IMG/VR virus record: IMGVR_UViG_3300025673_000002
Span: 1-49,322 of that record
Direction: 5' to 3' (one strand)
Origin: a virus
Lineage: Duplodnaviria; Caudoviricetes
Length of the DNA: 49,322 nt
This document shows positions 15,729 through 24,913 of the stretch, one piece after another; position 1 is the first letter of the stretch; the number at the start of each line of letters is the position of its first letter. The translations under genes and the position numbers were made by a program. The notes below the pieces were generated by a model. The model did not search any database, was not told the DNA's origin, and saw only the letters and a list, made by a program, of their open reading frames with translations.

Positions 15729-17975
15729 CTATGCTCCTACTTCAGAGAATGACACACCGGTTCGGGTGGCCACAAACGTTAAAGTGATAAAGTTAATAGA
15801 ACGAGCTGGTTTGATATAGATATCAGCACGGAATTCATTACGATCAATAACATCACCAGTATTATTTGATGTGTCACAAACCACTTTGAAATCTGTTATA
15901 CCTCTTCGACCTTGGACATCTCGAAGGAAAGGTTCTGTCATCGCAACAAAATTTGAACGTGTAACGTCATCATTGAGTTCGAATAATTGAGCCCTCGAAG
16001 CGATTGAGATAGCTTTCTCAAGTACCATGAAAAGTCTGCGAACATTGATACGATCAAATGCAGATGCTTTAGCCTGAGCAGTTTTATCACCCCATAATAA
16101 TGTTCCCATCCCGGGAAATGTTACTACTGGATTAATTCGTGCTTTATATAAAGTATCTCTTTCGTTTCTCTTAGGATTGAATGCGAGTTTGATAACAGAT
16201 TTAATATTACCACGACTCATTCCTGCTGGAGAAAACCAAGGATCGGCAACAGAATCTGTATTAGCACAAAGTCCTGCCATATCACCATTCAATGGTACCC
16301 AACGATATGTATCATGATATGTATCATACTGATATTTCCAACCAGAATCAAATACTGCATATGATGTCGACATCAAACCATCAAAATAATTCTTCACATT
16401 AGTTGCCTGTTTTGCAGATTTAGTTACACCTACAACATCCCCTATCAATGGGGAAATAAATGCAAGACAATCTTTACGTTTATGAGCAAGATTGATTACA
16501 TATTGCGCATAAGTTTTAGTTGCTCCACCAGACATAACAAGGTTGACATCTACTGTATCAGCATCAGAAAAAAGTTGAAGAGAATCATATTTGTCCCCAT
16601 TACTTGGGGGTAAAACAACACCATCACTTAATACCAATCCTGCATTTGAAGTTGGGAGTACGGAGAAACCAGTTGAAGATGGATCTCCCCAATCTGTAGC
16701 TCCATGAGCTAACGGAATAACATAATCCGAAGATTTTTTAAGAACATCAACATAATATAAATTTTCTCCTGTTACAGATCTAGCATCAGCGGCTTTTGAT
16801 AATTGCCATTTTTCTAGAATTGTTCCCGGAACACCAGTTATCTTACCATCATAATCAGAAACAACAATATAAATTTCGTCACCACTTCCACCTTTATTTT
16901 CAGCATGTTCTGAAGTTCCAGTTGGATTATCAAATAAGTAACCATATTTCCAAGGTGCCACCAATGCTGGAATTTCTGGAATATCTGCAACTACCATAAC
17001 TCCGACAAACCCAGCTCCGGATGGTGAGGGTACTGCAGACGGAATAGTAATATTTAATGCTGTAGTAGTTCCAACAGTATAACTATGACCACTGGTAAGT
17101 AACTCCAGGTTAGTTACTATATTTCCCGCCACAGTAACTCTAACCAAACCATCAGTACCATTCCCAATCGGTAGGTCATGAATACCATTATCATAATCCC
17201 CACCACCGTCAGTTATTGACAGAGATTGGATCTGACCCAAGATAGCAGGAGTTCCAGCTTGAACATCATCAAATGCTATAACAGAAGTTGTGAAAACAAC
17301 AACCGGTTCTTCAGTCCATTGACCCAGCGGCGAATAATCTATTTTAGAGTCTGGGGTATAACCAGAACCAACCGAAACGATCCCTACAAAATCAAGGGTC
17401 CCATTATCGTCTATTCTCACATTAACTTTACCACCACTACCACCAAGTACAGTAAGTTCAAATTCTGTATTATTTGGCCAATCTTCTCCATCAAGTTGTT
17501 TAATACCAACACCTGTATCATTATACATTTGAGCGGTTAGGAGTTTACCACCTAAAGAAGGACATACGTCCACTTTAAGAGAGTTAGCCCATGCACCCGG
17601 GGTTTTAGCTACAAAATGTAAACCAGAGGGGGTTGTGAGTTGATGTTCTTCTATCTCTGAAGAATTTTTCAATCTGATAAGTGCAGAGGTACCAGTCCTA
17701 GCATTCTTAGAGTCATCGCCAATTGATCGAACTACTTTTAGAGCACCCGAATATTTTAAAAAGTTTGCAGCAGTATACCAAGTATCGGCATTTGAACTAT
17801 TAGGCTCTCCAAAATAATCAACCAATTGTTTCTCTGAAGAAACTTCGAGGATTTCGTCAGCAGGACCTTTGTCCGCTTCTATAACGATAGCACCGATTGA
17901 AGTTGATACATTAGGGATTATAGTAGTTAAATCCTTCTCTTGAACTAATACTCCTGGACTGACTTGAAAAGCCAT
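15729..17975 (-). CDS. gp18: contractile tail sheath protein
   Basis: MAFQVSPGVLVQEKDLT, WFSPAG, AFDRINVRRLF, IKPARSINFITLTFVATRTGVSF. Confidence 0.97.
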   Translation of the reverse strand: MAFQVSPGVLVQEKDLTTIIPNVSTSIGAIVIEADKGPADEILEVSSEKQLVDYFGEPNSSNADTWYTAANFLKYSGALKVVRSIGDDSKNARTGTSALIRLKNSSEIEEHQLTTPSGLHFVAKTPGAWANSLKVDVCPSLGGKLLTAQMYNDTGVGIKQLDGEDWPNNTEFELTVLGGSGGKVNVRIDDNGTLDFVGIVSVGSGYTPDSKIDYSPLGQWTEEPVVVFTTSVIAFDDVQAGTPAILGQIQSLSITDGGGDYDNGIHDLPIGNGTDGLVRVTVAGNIVTNLELLTSGHSYTVGTTTALNITIPSAVPSPSGAGFVGVMVVADIPEIPALVAPWKYGYLFDNPTGTSEHAENKGGSGDEIYIVVSDYDGKITGVPGTILEKWQLSKAADARSVTGENLYYVDVLKKSSDYVIPLAHGATDWGDPSSTGFSVLPTSNAGLVLSDGVVLPPSNGDKYDSLQLFSDADTVDVNLVMSGGATKTYAQYVINLAHKRKDCLAFISPLIGDVVGVTKSAKQATNVKNYFDGLMSTSYAVFDSGWKYQYDTYHDTYRWVPLNGDMAGLCANTDSVADPWFSPAGMSRGNIKSVIKLAFNPKRNERDTLYKARINPVVTFPGMGTLLWGDKTAQAKASAFDRINVRRLFMVLEKAISIASRAQLFELNDDVTRSNFVAMTEPFLRDVQGRRGITDFKVVCDTSNNTGDVIDRNEFRADIYIKPARSINFITLTFVATRTGVSFSEVGA

Positions 17976-18029
17976 ATATTTCTCCCATTTGGATTAATTT
18001 AAATTCTAACAGTTTCCTGTTATTATTAT

Positions 18030-18076
18030 TATTTATAAAATAAGAGTTTTATTATCGTCTACTATCATTATAAATA
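18030..18076. promoter_or_regulatory. divergent late promoters
   Basis: TATAAATA on minus (18030-18037) for gp18 and on plus (18069-18076) for the decarboxylase. Confidence 0.75.
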
Positions 18077-18143
18077 CGATAAAGAGGTTCCACACGTGAG
18101 TGTCGATTAAATAATATGCAATAATTTAACGAAAGGTGAATAT

Positions 18144-19814
18144 ATGAATTTAGGACATTTTTTAATTAAACAACTCAGATTGTATGGTGCGGAACACATA
18201 TTTGGTATTCCGGGCGATTACACTCTAAATTTTATGAGGGAGATAGAGCAAAATCCCGGAATAGAATATGTTGGGGTTTCTAGAGAGGATTCGGCTGGGT
18301 ATGCTGCTGATGCTTATGGTAGACTTCGTGGATGTGGTGCTGTATGTATTACCTATTCTGTAGGTGCAATGAATATTATGAATGCTGTGGCAGGGGCATA
18401 TGCAGAGAAATCCCCTATGGTAGTTCTTGTTGGTAAACCTAGTGAAGAAGATCTCAAGATAAACCCCAATCGACATCATACTATTTCTACAGGTAACACA
18501 CAAAAAGAAATCTTTTCAAATATAACATGCAATGCTTATACCTTAGATTCTGAGGATATGTTTGTCAATATGGCAGTGATTCATCTTGCCCTGAATCAAA
18601 TGCGAATGCATTCACGACCAGTATATATCGAATTTTCAAATAAAGATATAATGCGAAGCGTTGATCATTATCTCTCTAAGTTCTATGCAGTATATGGTAG
18701 GGATGTACCCTATAACCACAAACCACAAATCCTAGACCTTGAGTATGAAGGTCTTGATAAATTTGTCCATGCGAAGAATAGAGTTCTCATTATTGGTCAT
18801 GAAGTATTTCGAAATACATTAGAAGATAAAATTCTTGAGTTCTCCAAAAAATTAAATATACCAATTTTTACAACTCTTCTCGGTAAATCAACTATATCAG
18901 AATTTGAACCGAATTGTCTTGGTTGTGTTTCTGAATTATTTTCTGATATCTCTGTCATCGATGAAATAAAAAAATCAGATTGTATTGTAACACTTGGTAT
19001 GGTTAACACAGATGTAGAATCATTTTCTTTCGATGCTGATATATCTATTAATATGGATGATGGTATTAGATTCAATAACGAACCTATCAAAGAATTTAAA
19101 AATTCAAATTCTGGTTTTCTCGAATTGGTTAGCTCTTTTATATCGAAATTCGAAGATATAGAGGCACAAGACCCTTTCGATCTTTACAGATGGAATGAGA
19201 TTGTAGATTCTACTAAGGCCAAGGTTGATTCATCTGAGGTTTCGAGTCCGATTAAACTTGAATGTGTATTCGATTTAATTGGGAAGACTGTGACAGATGA
19301 TCACATAATCATATCTGATATAGGGGAGTCTTTATTCGGTATGATTGATATTCCAGTAAGTAAAGGTCAGTTCCTTTGTATGGCGTATTATACTTCCATG
19401 TCGTTTTCAGTTCCGGGTGCAGTTGGTGTTAAGTATGCCAAACCAGATAAAAGACCCATCATCATTGTTGGGGATGGTGCATTCCAAATGACGGGATCTG
19501 AATTCTCAACACATATTAGAAATAATTTAAACACTATTGTGATTATACTTAACAACAGAGGGTATTCAACTGAAAAAGCTATTATGGAAGGCGAATTTAA
19601 TGATATACATAATTGGAGCTATGAAAAAATTACGGATCTCACGAATGGGGGCGTTGGTGTACACGTACAGGATTCGACGAAGTTTAAAGAGGTATTTGAA
19701 ATGGCGATAGCAGATGAATCCGAATCCTATGTATTGAACGTTGAAATAGATCCAGAAGAACAATCTGCTCCAATGAAAAATATAATCCAAAAACTATGTA
19801 TAGACAAACTGTGA
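18144..19814 (+). CDS. TPP-dependent 2-keto-acid decarboxylase (pyruvate/indolepyruvate/phenylpyruvate decarboxylase family)
   Basis: FGIPGDY, REDSAGYAADAYGR, AGAYAEKSP, HHT, TPP motif GDGAFQMT...NNRGY; SD AAGGTG. Confidence 0.92.
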   Translation: MNLGHFLIKQLRLYGAEHIFGIPGDYTLNFMREIEQNPGIEYVGVSREDSAGYAADAYGRLRGCGAVCITYSVGAMNIMNAVAGAYAEKSPMVVLVGKPSEEDLKINPNRHHTISTGNTQKEIFSNITCNAYTLDSEDMFVNMAVIHLALNQMRMHSRPVYIEFSNKDIMRSVDHYLSKFYAVYGRDVPYNHKPQILDLEYEGLDKFVHAKNRVLIIGHEVFRNTLEDKILEFSKKLNIPIFTTLLGKSTISEFEPNCLGCVSELFSDISVIDEIKKSDCIVTLGMVNTDVESFSFDADISINMDDGIRFNNEPIKEFKNSNSGFLELVSSFISKFEDIEAQDPFDLYRWNEIVDSTKAKVDSSEVSSPIKLECVFDLIGKTVTDDHIIISDIGESLFGMIDIPVSKGQFLCMAYYTSMSFSVPGAVGVKYAKPDKRPIIIVGDGAFQMTGSEFSTHIRNNLNTIVIILNNRGYSTEKAIMEGEFNDIHNWSYEKITDLTNGGVGVHVQDSTKFKEVFEMAIADESESYVLNVEIDPEEQSAPMKNIIQKLCIDKL

Positions 19815-19818
19815 TGCA

Positions 19819-20388
19819 ATGGGGAGACCGAGAACATGGACTGTATATTACACATTTAATTCCGAGGGAATAATATATAATATATTTTACACCAAAGATG
19901 AAAATCATGATAAAGGGGTAAGAAAATATAAATCTGGATTAACAAATTCTGAGGCGATTCTCTTAGTCAAAATAATGAAAAATAAGTATGGTATAGATTC
20001 TATAGATATAAATGAATCTATACCAGATAAACTTAAATATCTGAAGCTACCGCCTCTGAGTCATAAATCTAGGTTAACTACATCGTGGAATAAAGGTCTG
20101 AGGACTAAGAAATCTAATTCATCATCATCAACAAAAGCTAATAACAGAATTAAAACTAAGAAAGAAATTTGGTTAAACAATACATTCATCAACAAATCTT
20201 GTGTATTTTGTCACGAATCGGAAACAGTTTGTCTAAGATATTATCCGAAAGGAAGAATGATCATTAGAATAAATAATAATTTAGGTATAACCCAAAGGAG
20301 ATGCAAATTAGTTAAATTGATTGAGGATCAAGATGTTGTTTGTCTTAACTGCGAAAGTAAATTGAATATAGGGCTTGAATTAATTTGA
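19819..20388 (+). CDS. basic Zn-finger protein, degenerate HNH/homing-endonuclease-like
   Basis: WNKG (NUMOD3-like), CVFC...VCLNC pairs, Lys-rich. Confidence 0.45.
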   Translation: MGRPRTWTVYYTFNSEGIIYNIFYTKDENHDKGVRKYKSGLTNSEAILLVKIMKNKYGIDSIDINESIPDKLKYLKLPPLSHKSRLTTSWNKGLRTKKSNSSSSTKANNRIKTKKEIWLNNTFINKSCVFCHESETVCLRYYPKGRMIIRINNNLGITQRRCKLVKLIEDQDVVCLNCESKLNIGLELI

Positions 20389-20396
20389 AAAAAAGG

Positions 20397-20425
20397 TTTA
20401 CTTTTCGACGAAATTGTTATATAAT
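20397..20425 (+). promoter_or_regulatory. T4-early-type promoter
   Basis: A-tract, then (G)TTTACT-17 nt-TATAAT. Confidence 0.8.
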
Positions 20426-20455
20426 ATAGGTATAAATTAATTAATGAGATAAATT

Positions 20456-20572
20456 ATGTTGATAAATTTTACTAAATCCGGAATAAAAATATCCCTCGAA
20501 AGAGATATTTCGGTATACATATTATATACTATCATGATTTTTGGTATGACTATAAAGAGTATTATTTCTTAA
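20456..20572 (+). CDS. possible small hydrophobic protein, 38 aa
   Basis: MLINFTKSGIKISLERDISVYILYTIMIFGMTIKSIIS; first ORF after the early promoter; weak SD. Confidence 0.35.
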   Translation: MLINFTKSGIKISLERDISVYILYTIMIFGMTIKSIIS

Positions 20573-20595
20573 AAATCGTAGCTCAGGAGTTAAAA

Positions 20596-20745
20596 ATGAA
20601 TACAAACAAAAGTTATACATTATTTACACCTAAAGTACCAAAGAAAAAAATCAAGAATCAGTCGAAGAAACGTTTAAACGATGTAACATCAGAAGAATGG
20701 GATAAAGTTTCCTGCAAATATGTTACTATTATTACAAAGAAATGA
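20596..20745 (+). CDS. small basic protein, 49 aa
   Basis: SD AGGAG; MNTNKSYTLFTPKVPKKKIKNQSKKRLNDVTSEEWDKVS... Confidence 0.55.
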   Translation: MNTNKSYTLFTPKVPKKKIKNQSKKRLNDVTSEEWDKVSCKYVTIITKK

Positions 20746-20757
20746 AAAAGGGTGACT

Positions 20758-21666
20758 ATGAAATCATTTTTAAATAAACGTGTTATTATATCGGGGGGAT
20801 CTAGAGGTATAGGTCTCTCCATTGCTAAAAAATTAGCAGGGCAAGGTGCTAAGGTAGCAATCCTAGCAAAAACTGCAAAATATCATCCATCGCTTCCGGG
20901 AACTATATATACTGCCGCAAAGGAAATAGAAGAGGCAGGGGGAGAAGTACTCCCTCTTGTTACCGATGTTCGAAAGGAGGATGAGGTTCTTTCTGCGGTG
21001 GATGCTACTGCTGCCGCCTTTGGTGGTATTGATATTCTTATTAACAATGCGGGGTATGTTAATCTTACACCGACGATGCGAGTTGGAATGAAACAATTCG
21101 ACTTAATGTTCGCAGTCAATGTGCGCGGTACGTTTCTTCTTTCGAAGGAATGTATACCACATCTCAGGGAAGGTAATAATCCTCATATTCTTAATATATG
21201 CCCTCCCCTAGATATGAAAGCTAAATGGTTTTCGACGGCTCTACCATATTCGTTATCTAAATTTGGTATGTCTCAATGTGTTCTTGGTATGTCTGAGGAA
21301 TTCAAATCTCTTGGTATTGGGGTGAATGGGCTATGGCCGCATTCTCTTGTTGCAACTGCTGCAATTTCTAATGTGGTTGGTGGAATAACTTCTCTGAAAC
21401 ATTGTAGGGATGTATCAATTATGGCGGATGCCGCAGAGGTGATTCTATCTCGAGATTCGAAGAAATTTACCGGTGGTTTCCACATTGATGATGTACTTCT
21501 AAGATCAGAGGGGGTCAAGGATTTCAAGCGTTATAGAATAGATGCAGAACAAGATCTATGGTCGGATTATTTCATTCCCGACGACACGCCCCAAATTGAA
21601 CCGATGGAATTTCCAGATATCCCACAGAATTACGGAAAAGTGGCACATAAAAACACTATGTCATGA
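20758..21666 (+). CDS. short-chain dehydrogenase/reductase, HSDL2-like subfamily
   Basis: SGGSRGIG, AKTAKYHPSLPGTIYTAAKEIEEAGG (HSDL2-type), NNAG, NVRGTF, YSLSK catalytic motif. Confidence 0.92.
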   Translation: MKSFLNKRVIISGGSRGIGLSIAKKLAGQGAKVAILAKTAKYHPSLPGTIYTAAKEIEEAGGEVLPLVTDVRKEDEVLSAVDATAAAFGGIDILINNAGYVNLTPTMRVGMKQFDLMFAVNVRGTFLLSKECIPHLREGNNPHILNICPPLDMKAKWFSTALPYSLSKFGMSQCVLGMSEEFKSLGIGVNGLWPHSLVATAAISNVVGGITSLKHCRDVSIMADAAEVILSRDSKKFTGGFHIDDVLLRSEGVKDFKRYRIDAEQDLWSDYFIPDDTPQIEPMEFPDIPQNYGKVAHKNTMS

Positions 21667-21684
21667 AATAAATGAAAATAGTTG

Positions 21685-21713
21685 TTTACTTCTCTGTACC
21701 AGTGTGGTATAAT
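21685..21713 (+). promoter_or_regulatory. T4-early-type promoter
   Basis: (G)TTTACT-17 nt-TATAAT preceded by TGTGG, a close match to the T4 early consensus. Confidence 0.88.
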
Positions 21714-21745
21714 GTAACCATAGATTAATTAAATGGAGAAGGAAT

Positions 21746-21916
21746 ATGACTACTCGAGAAAAAATCCAACATGATGCTGCTGTTACTCTCTGGCTTAAAG
21801 ATCACGAAGTTAAAGTTGGTAAACCCCCTAAAATTCCGAAGATTATAATCGGACAAAAATATACAATTTATAATCTCGGAAGAAAACGAGTTAATCTTAA
21901 TAAGGGTGGAGTGTGA
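21746..21916 (+). CDS. hypothetical early protein, 56 aa
   Basis: SD GGAG/AAGGA; MTTREKIQHDAAVTLWLKDHEVKVG...; missing from the ORF track. Confidence 0.65.
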   Translation: MTTREKIQHDAAVTLWLKDHEVKVGKPPKIPKIIIGQKYTIYNLGRKRVNLNKGGV

Positions 21917-21918
21917 TC

Positions 21919-22122
21919 ATGATGACAAAAACTGAATATGCTAAGAAGATCGAAGGATTAAGAGCTTCGATGACTGAAATCCAAATTGGTGAAATGGGAG
22001 GATTTATCACCTACGAAGAATATGTTAAGACCGTACTCAAAGATAACGATGAAGATCCACAAACCGTTCAGGATTTACAGTCAGCGATTCACTATGACGC
22101 TCTCGTAAAAACCTGTTACTAA
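21919..22122 (+). CDS. hypothetical early protein
   Basis: SD GGAG; co-oriented in the early cluster. Confidence 0.6.
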   Translation: MMTKTEYAKKIEGLRASMTEIQIGEMGGFITYEEYVKTVLKDNDEDPQTVQDLQSAIHYDALVKTCY

Positions 22123-22142
22123 ACTTGCGAAGGAAATATATT

Positions 22143-22370
22143 ATGAATGAATTGACTACAACTAATCTAATTAAAAAGAATTTTACCCAACACCTAGCTG
22201 TCCACAATCAAGTTCTTGATTCCGATGCATTTTGGGTAACTCTTGACGAACTTTCTTTAACAGATGATCAACTATATGATGATACTATGGTTGATGATGT
22301 TGCTGATACCTATCCAGAAGTCTTAGATGCTAAAGCAGATTTTGCTGAAGATATGAAGGAGCTATTATGA
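22143..22370 (+). CDS. acidic hypothetical protein
   Basis: SD AAGGA before ATG 22143; Asp/Glu-rich C-terminal half. Confidence 0.6.
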   Translation: MNELTTTNLIKKNFTQHLAVHNQVLDSDAFWVTLDELSLTDDQLYDDTMVDDVADTYPEVLDAKADFAEDMKELL

Positions 22371-22585
22371 GTTTATTTGATAGTAATACAGGTCTCATCC
22401 ACATGGATTTAGCTTCAATTGAACCTAAACAAGAACGGGCAGGGATCGAAGCAACTTATATCGACGACTCCCCATGTAAGACGTGTTCAAGAAGAACTAA
22501 TTGCATGGTTGAATGCGAGGATTTCGAGAAATATGTTGATCCTCTAAAATATGCTCGGAAAATGAAAAAATTGGGAGGATTATGA
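22367..22585 (+). CDS. small four-Cys protein (metal-binding candidate)
   Basis: SPCKTCSRRTNCMVEC; SD AGGAG; ATGA overlap. Confidence 0.6.
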   Translation: MSLFDSNTGLIHMDLASIEPKQERAGIEATYIDDSPCKTCSRRTNCMVECEDFEKYVDPLKYARKMKKLGGL

Positions 22586-22586
22586 T

Positions 22587-23627
22587 ATGTCTAAAGAAAA
22601 AATAAGAGCTAAATGGTCTACGGAGTTAATTGAACCAGATTTACCAAAAGATTACGGGAAATACGATGTGATCAAGGCTCTTGCCTGGTATAATATTATG
22701 ACTGACTCTAAAACCTGTACAGGATATGTTAATTCATATCTCAAGAAAAGAAAAATTTTAAAGGTCATAACTCCTCAGAATTCTATACAAACCGCTGCTG
22801 CTGTGGCAAGACTCATTGATCGGAATCAAATTACGGATTCCAAAAACCTAGAGTGGATGGAAGATTGGGTATCCCAACTAAACGACAAGGTTATTGTCCC
22901 TAAGGATCCAAATAAAAAAGTTATTTCGGTTGCTGAAGCTACTGCAAATAAATTGAATTTCTTTCTTGAGGGCCTCGATAATGCCGTGGATGATTTTATT
23001 TTTAATTCAGATTTTAAAATGAAATTCTCGACAGAAAAATATTTAGCTAATAACAATGTTAAGTATGGGATGCTCAAACACATCGATAAATGGGCCTCAG
23101 ACTTCCGTGACGAGATTATTTTAAGTAAGACGGATAAAGACCTTAAAGAAGGATATTCGAACTTTACAACACCACAGAAGAACAAAATCATTAAATTTAT
23201 GAATACTATGATAGAAGGTGTGGGAATCTATGGGGTTGCTATTAAACCAGAGAGAGTTAAAAAGATTAAATCCCCTTCCAAGATTGTCTCAAAATTAAAA
23301 TATGCAAAATCGTTTCCAGAACTTAAGCTCAAATCTGAAGATCCACAACGACTAATCGGATCAAAAGAGGTTTGGGTGTATAATACTAAAACTAAAATGG
23401 TTGGTTATTACACCTCACTCGATGGAATGACTGTCACTGGAACAACCCTCAAGGGATTTGATTTTTCAGAACAAAGACGATTAAGAAAACCAGAAGAACA
23501 ACTCAAACTCCTAACTGATATGAGAAAGGGTAAATGGATTATCCGATTCACTACAATGGCAAAGACTGTTAGAACAAAGGGAAATGGCAGATTTAATGAT
23601 GGAGTAATTATTCTCAAGGTTTTCTAA
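22587..23627 (+). CDS. hypothetical protein of T4-like phages, 346 aa
   Basis: SD GGAGG; motifs LKEGYS, VWVYNTK, LRKPEEQL, NGRFN recalled from T4-like phage hypotheticals. Confidence 0.7.
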   Translation: MSKEKIRAKWSTELIEPDLPKDYGKYDVIKALAWYNIMTDSKTCTGYVNSYLKKRKILKVITPQNSIQTAAAVARLIDRNQITDSKNLEWMEDWVSQLNDKVIVPKDPNKKVISVAEATANKLNFFLEGLDNAVDDFIFNSDFKMKFSTEKYLANNNVKYGMLKHIDKWASDFRDEIILSKTDKDLKEGYSNFTTPQKNKIIKFMNTMIEGVGIYGVAIKPERVKKIKSPSKIVSKLKYAKSFPELKLKSEDPQRLIGSKEVWVYNTKTKMVGYYTSLDGMTVTGTTLKGFDFSEQRRLRKPEEQLKLLTDMRKGKWIIRFTTMAKTVRTKGNGRFNDGVIILKVF

Positions 23628-23633
23628 TAACCA

Positions 23634-23641
23634 TATAAATA
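23634..23641 (+). promoter_or_regulatory. T4 late promoter
   Basis: TATAAATA upstream of gp5. Confidence 0.75.
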
Positions 23642-23668
23642 ACTATATTACTATAATATAATGTTTAC

Positions 23669-24904
23669 ATGGAAAATTATTTTGGAAAAAATGGGTTTGT
23701 CTGGTTTGTAGGGGTTGTCGAAGACCGAATGGATCCAGAAAAACTCGGCAGAGTTAGGGTTCGCTGTCTGGGTCACCATTCTCCCGATAAAATAGATATA
23801 CCAACAGATCACCTTTCGTGGTCGACAGTCATGGCACCAACGACAAACCCATCAATGAACGGTCTTGGATCGACTCCACCGTTTTTAGTTGAGGGGTCAT
23901 GGGTTACTGGTTTCTTTGTTGACCAATTTAAGCAAGAATGTGTGGTTGTTGGTTCTCTTCCGGGATTTAATACCCCATCGGGAGATTCATCTAACAAAGA
24001 TGGATTTAAAGATCCAAATGGTATATATCCTAGAGCAAACTCCGATTTAATTGACACGAATAAACTCGCTCGAGGAAATCATGCTAAGAGTCATGATTCT
24101 CTTATGACTCGAGAAAATAATAAAATAACCGATATACCAAAGGCCACCAAGCCCAAATTATCCACCATTGAATCCATGGTAGATGATCCCCGTAAAACCT
24201 GGGATGAACTCGACCCAAAATCTAACACATTCAGTGTATACCCCTATAACCATGTCACAGAATCTGAATCGGGGCATGTGTCTGAGATAGATGATTCTCC
24301 CGGCGGTGAGAGATTGATGAATTACCATCGCACCGGAACATTCGATGAAATCCATCCAGACGGATCTAAAGTTACAAAGATTATTGGATCTGAATATGAA
24401 ATAACCCTAAGAGATAAGAATGTATTAATTGAAGGAGCATGTAATATAACTATTGCTGGTGCTTGTAGGCAATTGATCAAGGGTGATTATATCCTCGAAG
24501 TTGAAGGTAATTATACTGAGAAGATTCACAAAAATCATTACGTTAAAATTGGTGCTGGGGAATCTGGCGGCAACGAAGCATATGAAATCCTCGGTAATAG
24601 AACAGGTAATATATCTAAAAACGATAACATAAGAATAGCCAAAAATATAGAAACTGTGTGTAATGGCAATCACAATTATCAGTTAAATGGTGATTACTCT
24701 CAAACAACTATGAGAGATTATTCATTGACCACCTCGGGAATATCTTCTATACAATCTACGAAAAATATATCTATAAATTCTGTAACAGAGGATTGTTCCA
24801 TTAAGGCTGGAGGAAAAATGAATATTCGGTCTGATCTGAAACTTGATATGCATTCCGAATCGAGTAATATGATTTTAACTGCAACAAGAATAGATCTTAA
24901 TTAG
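23669..24904 (+). CDS. gp5: baseplate central spike (OB fold plus beta-helix, no lysozyme domain)
   Basis: WFVGVVEDRMDPEKLGRVRVRCLG, YPYNHVTESESGH, DDSPGGER, C-terminal RIDLN. Confidence 0.95.
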   Translation: MENYFGKNGFVWFVGVVEDRMDPEKLGRVRVRCLGHHSPDKIDIPTDHLSWSTVMAPTTNPSMNGLGSTPPFLVEGSWVTGFFVDQFKQECVVVGSLPGFNTPSGDSSNKDGFKDPNGIYPRANSDLIDTNKLARGNHAKSHDSLMTRENNKITDIPKATKPKLSTIESMVDDPRKTWDELDPKSNTFSVYPYNHVTESESGHVSEIDDSPGGERLMNYHRTGTFDEIHPDGSKVTKIIGSEYEITLRDKNVLIEGACNITIAGACRQLIKGDYILEVEGNYTEKIHKNHYVKIGAGESGGNEAYEILGNRTGNISKNDNIRIAKNIETVCNGNHNYQLNGDYSQTTMRDYSLTTSGISSIQSTKNISINSVTEDCSIKAGGKMNIRSDLKLDMHSESSNMILTATRIDLN

Positions 24905-24913
24905 GAGAATAAT

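Noticed and set aside
18083-18115. preQ1 or TPP riboswitch upstream of the decarboxylase (AGAGGTTC start)
   Set aside because: No complementary P1 strand or A-rich tail for preQ1, and no CTGAGA/ACCTG core for TPP.
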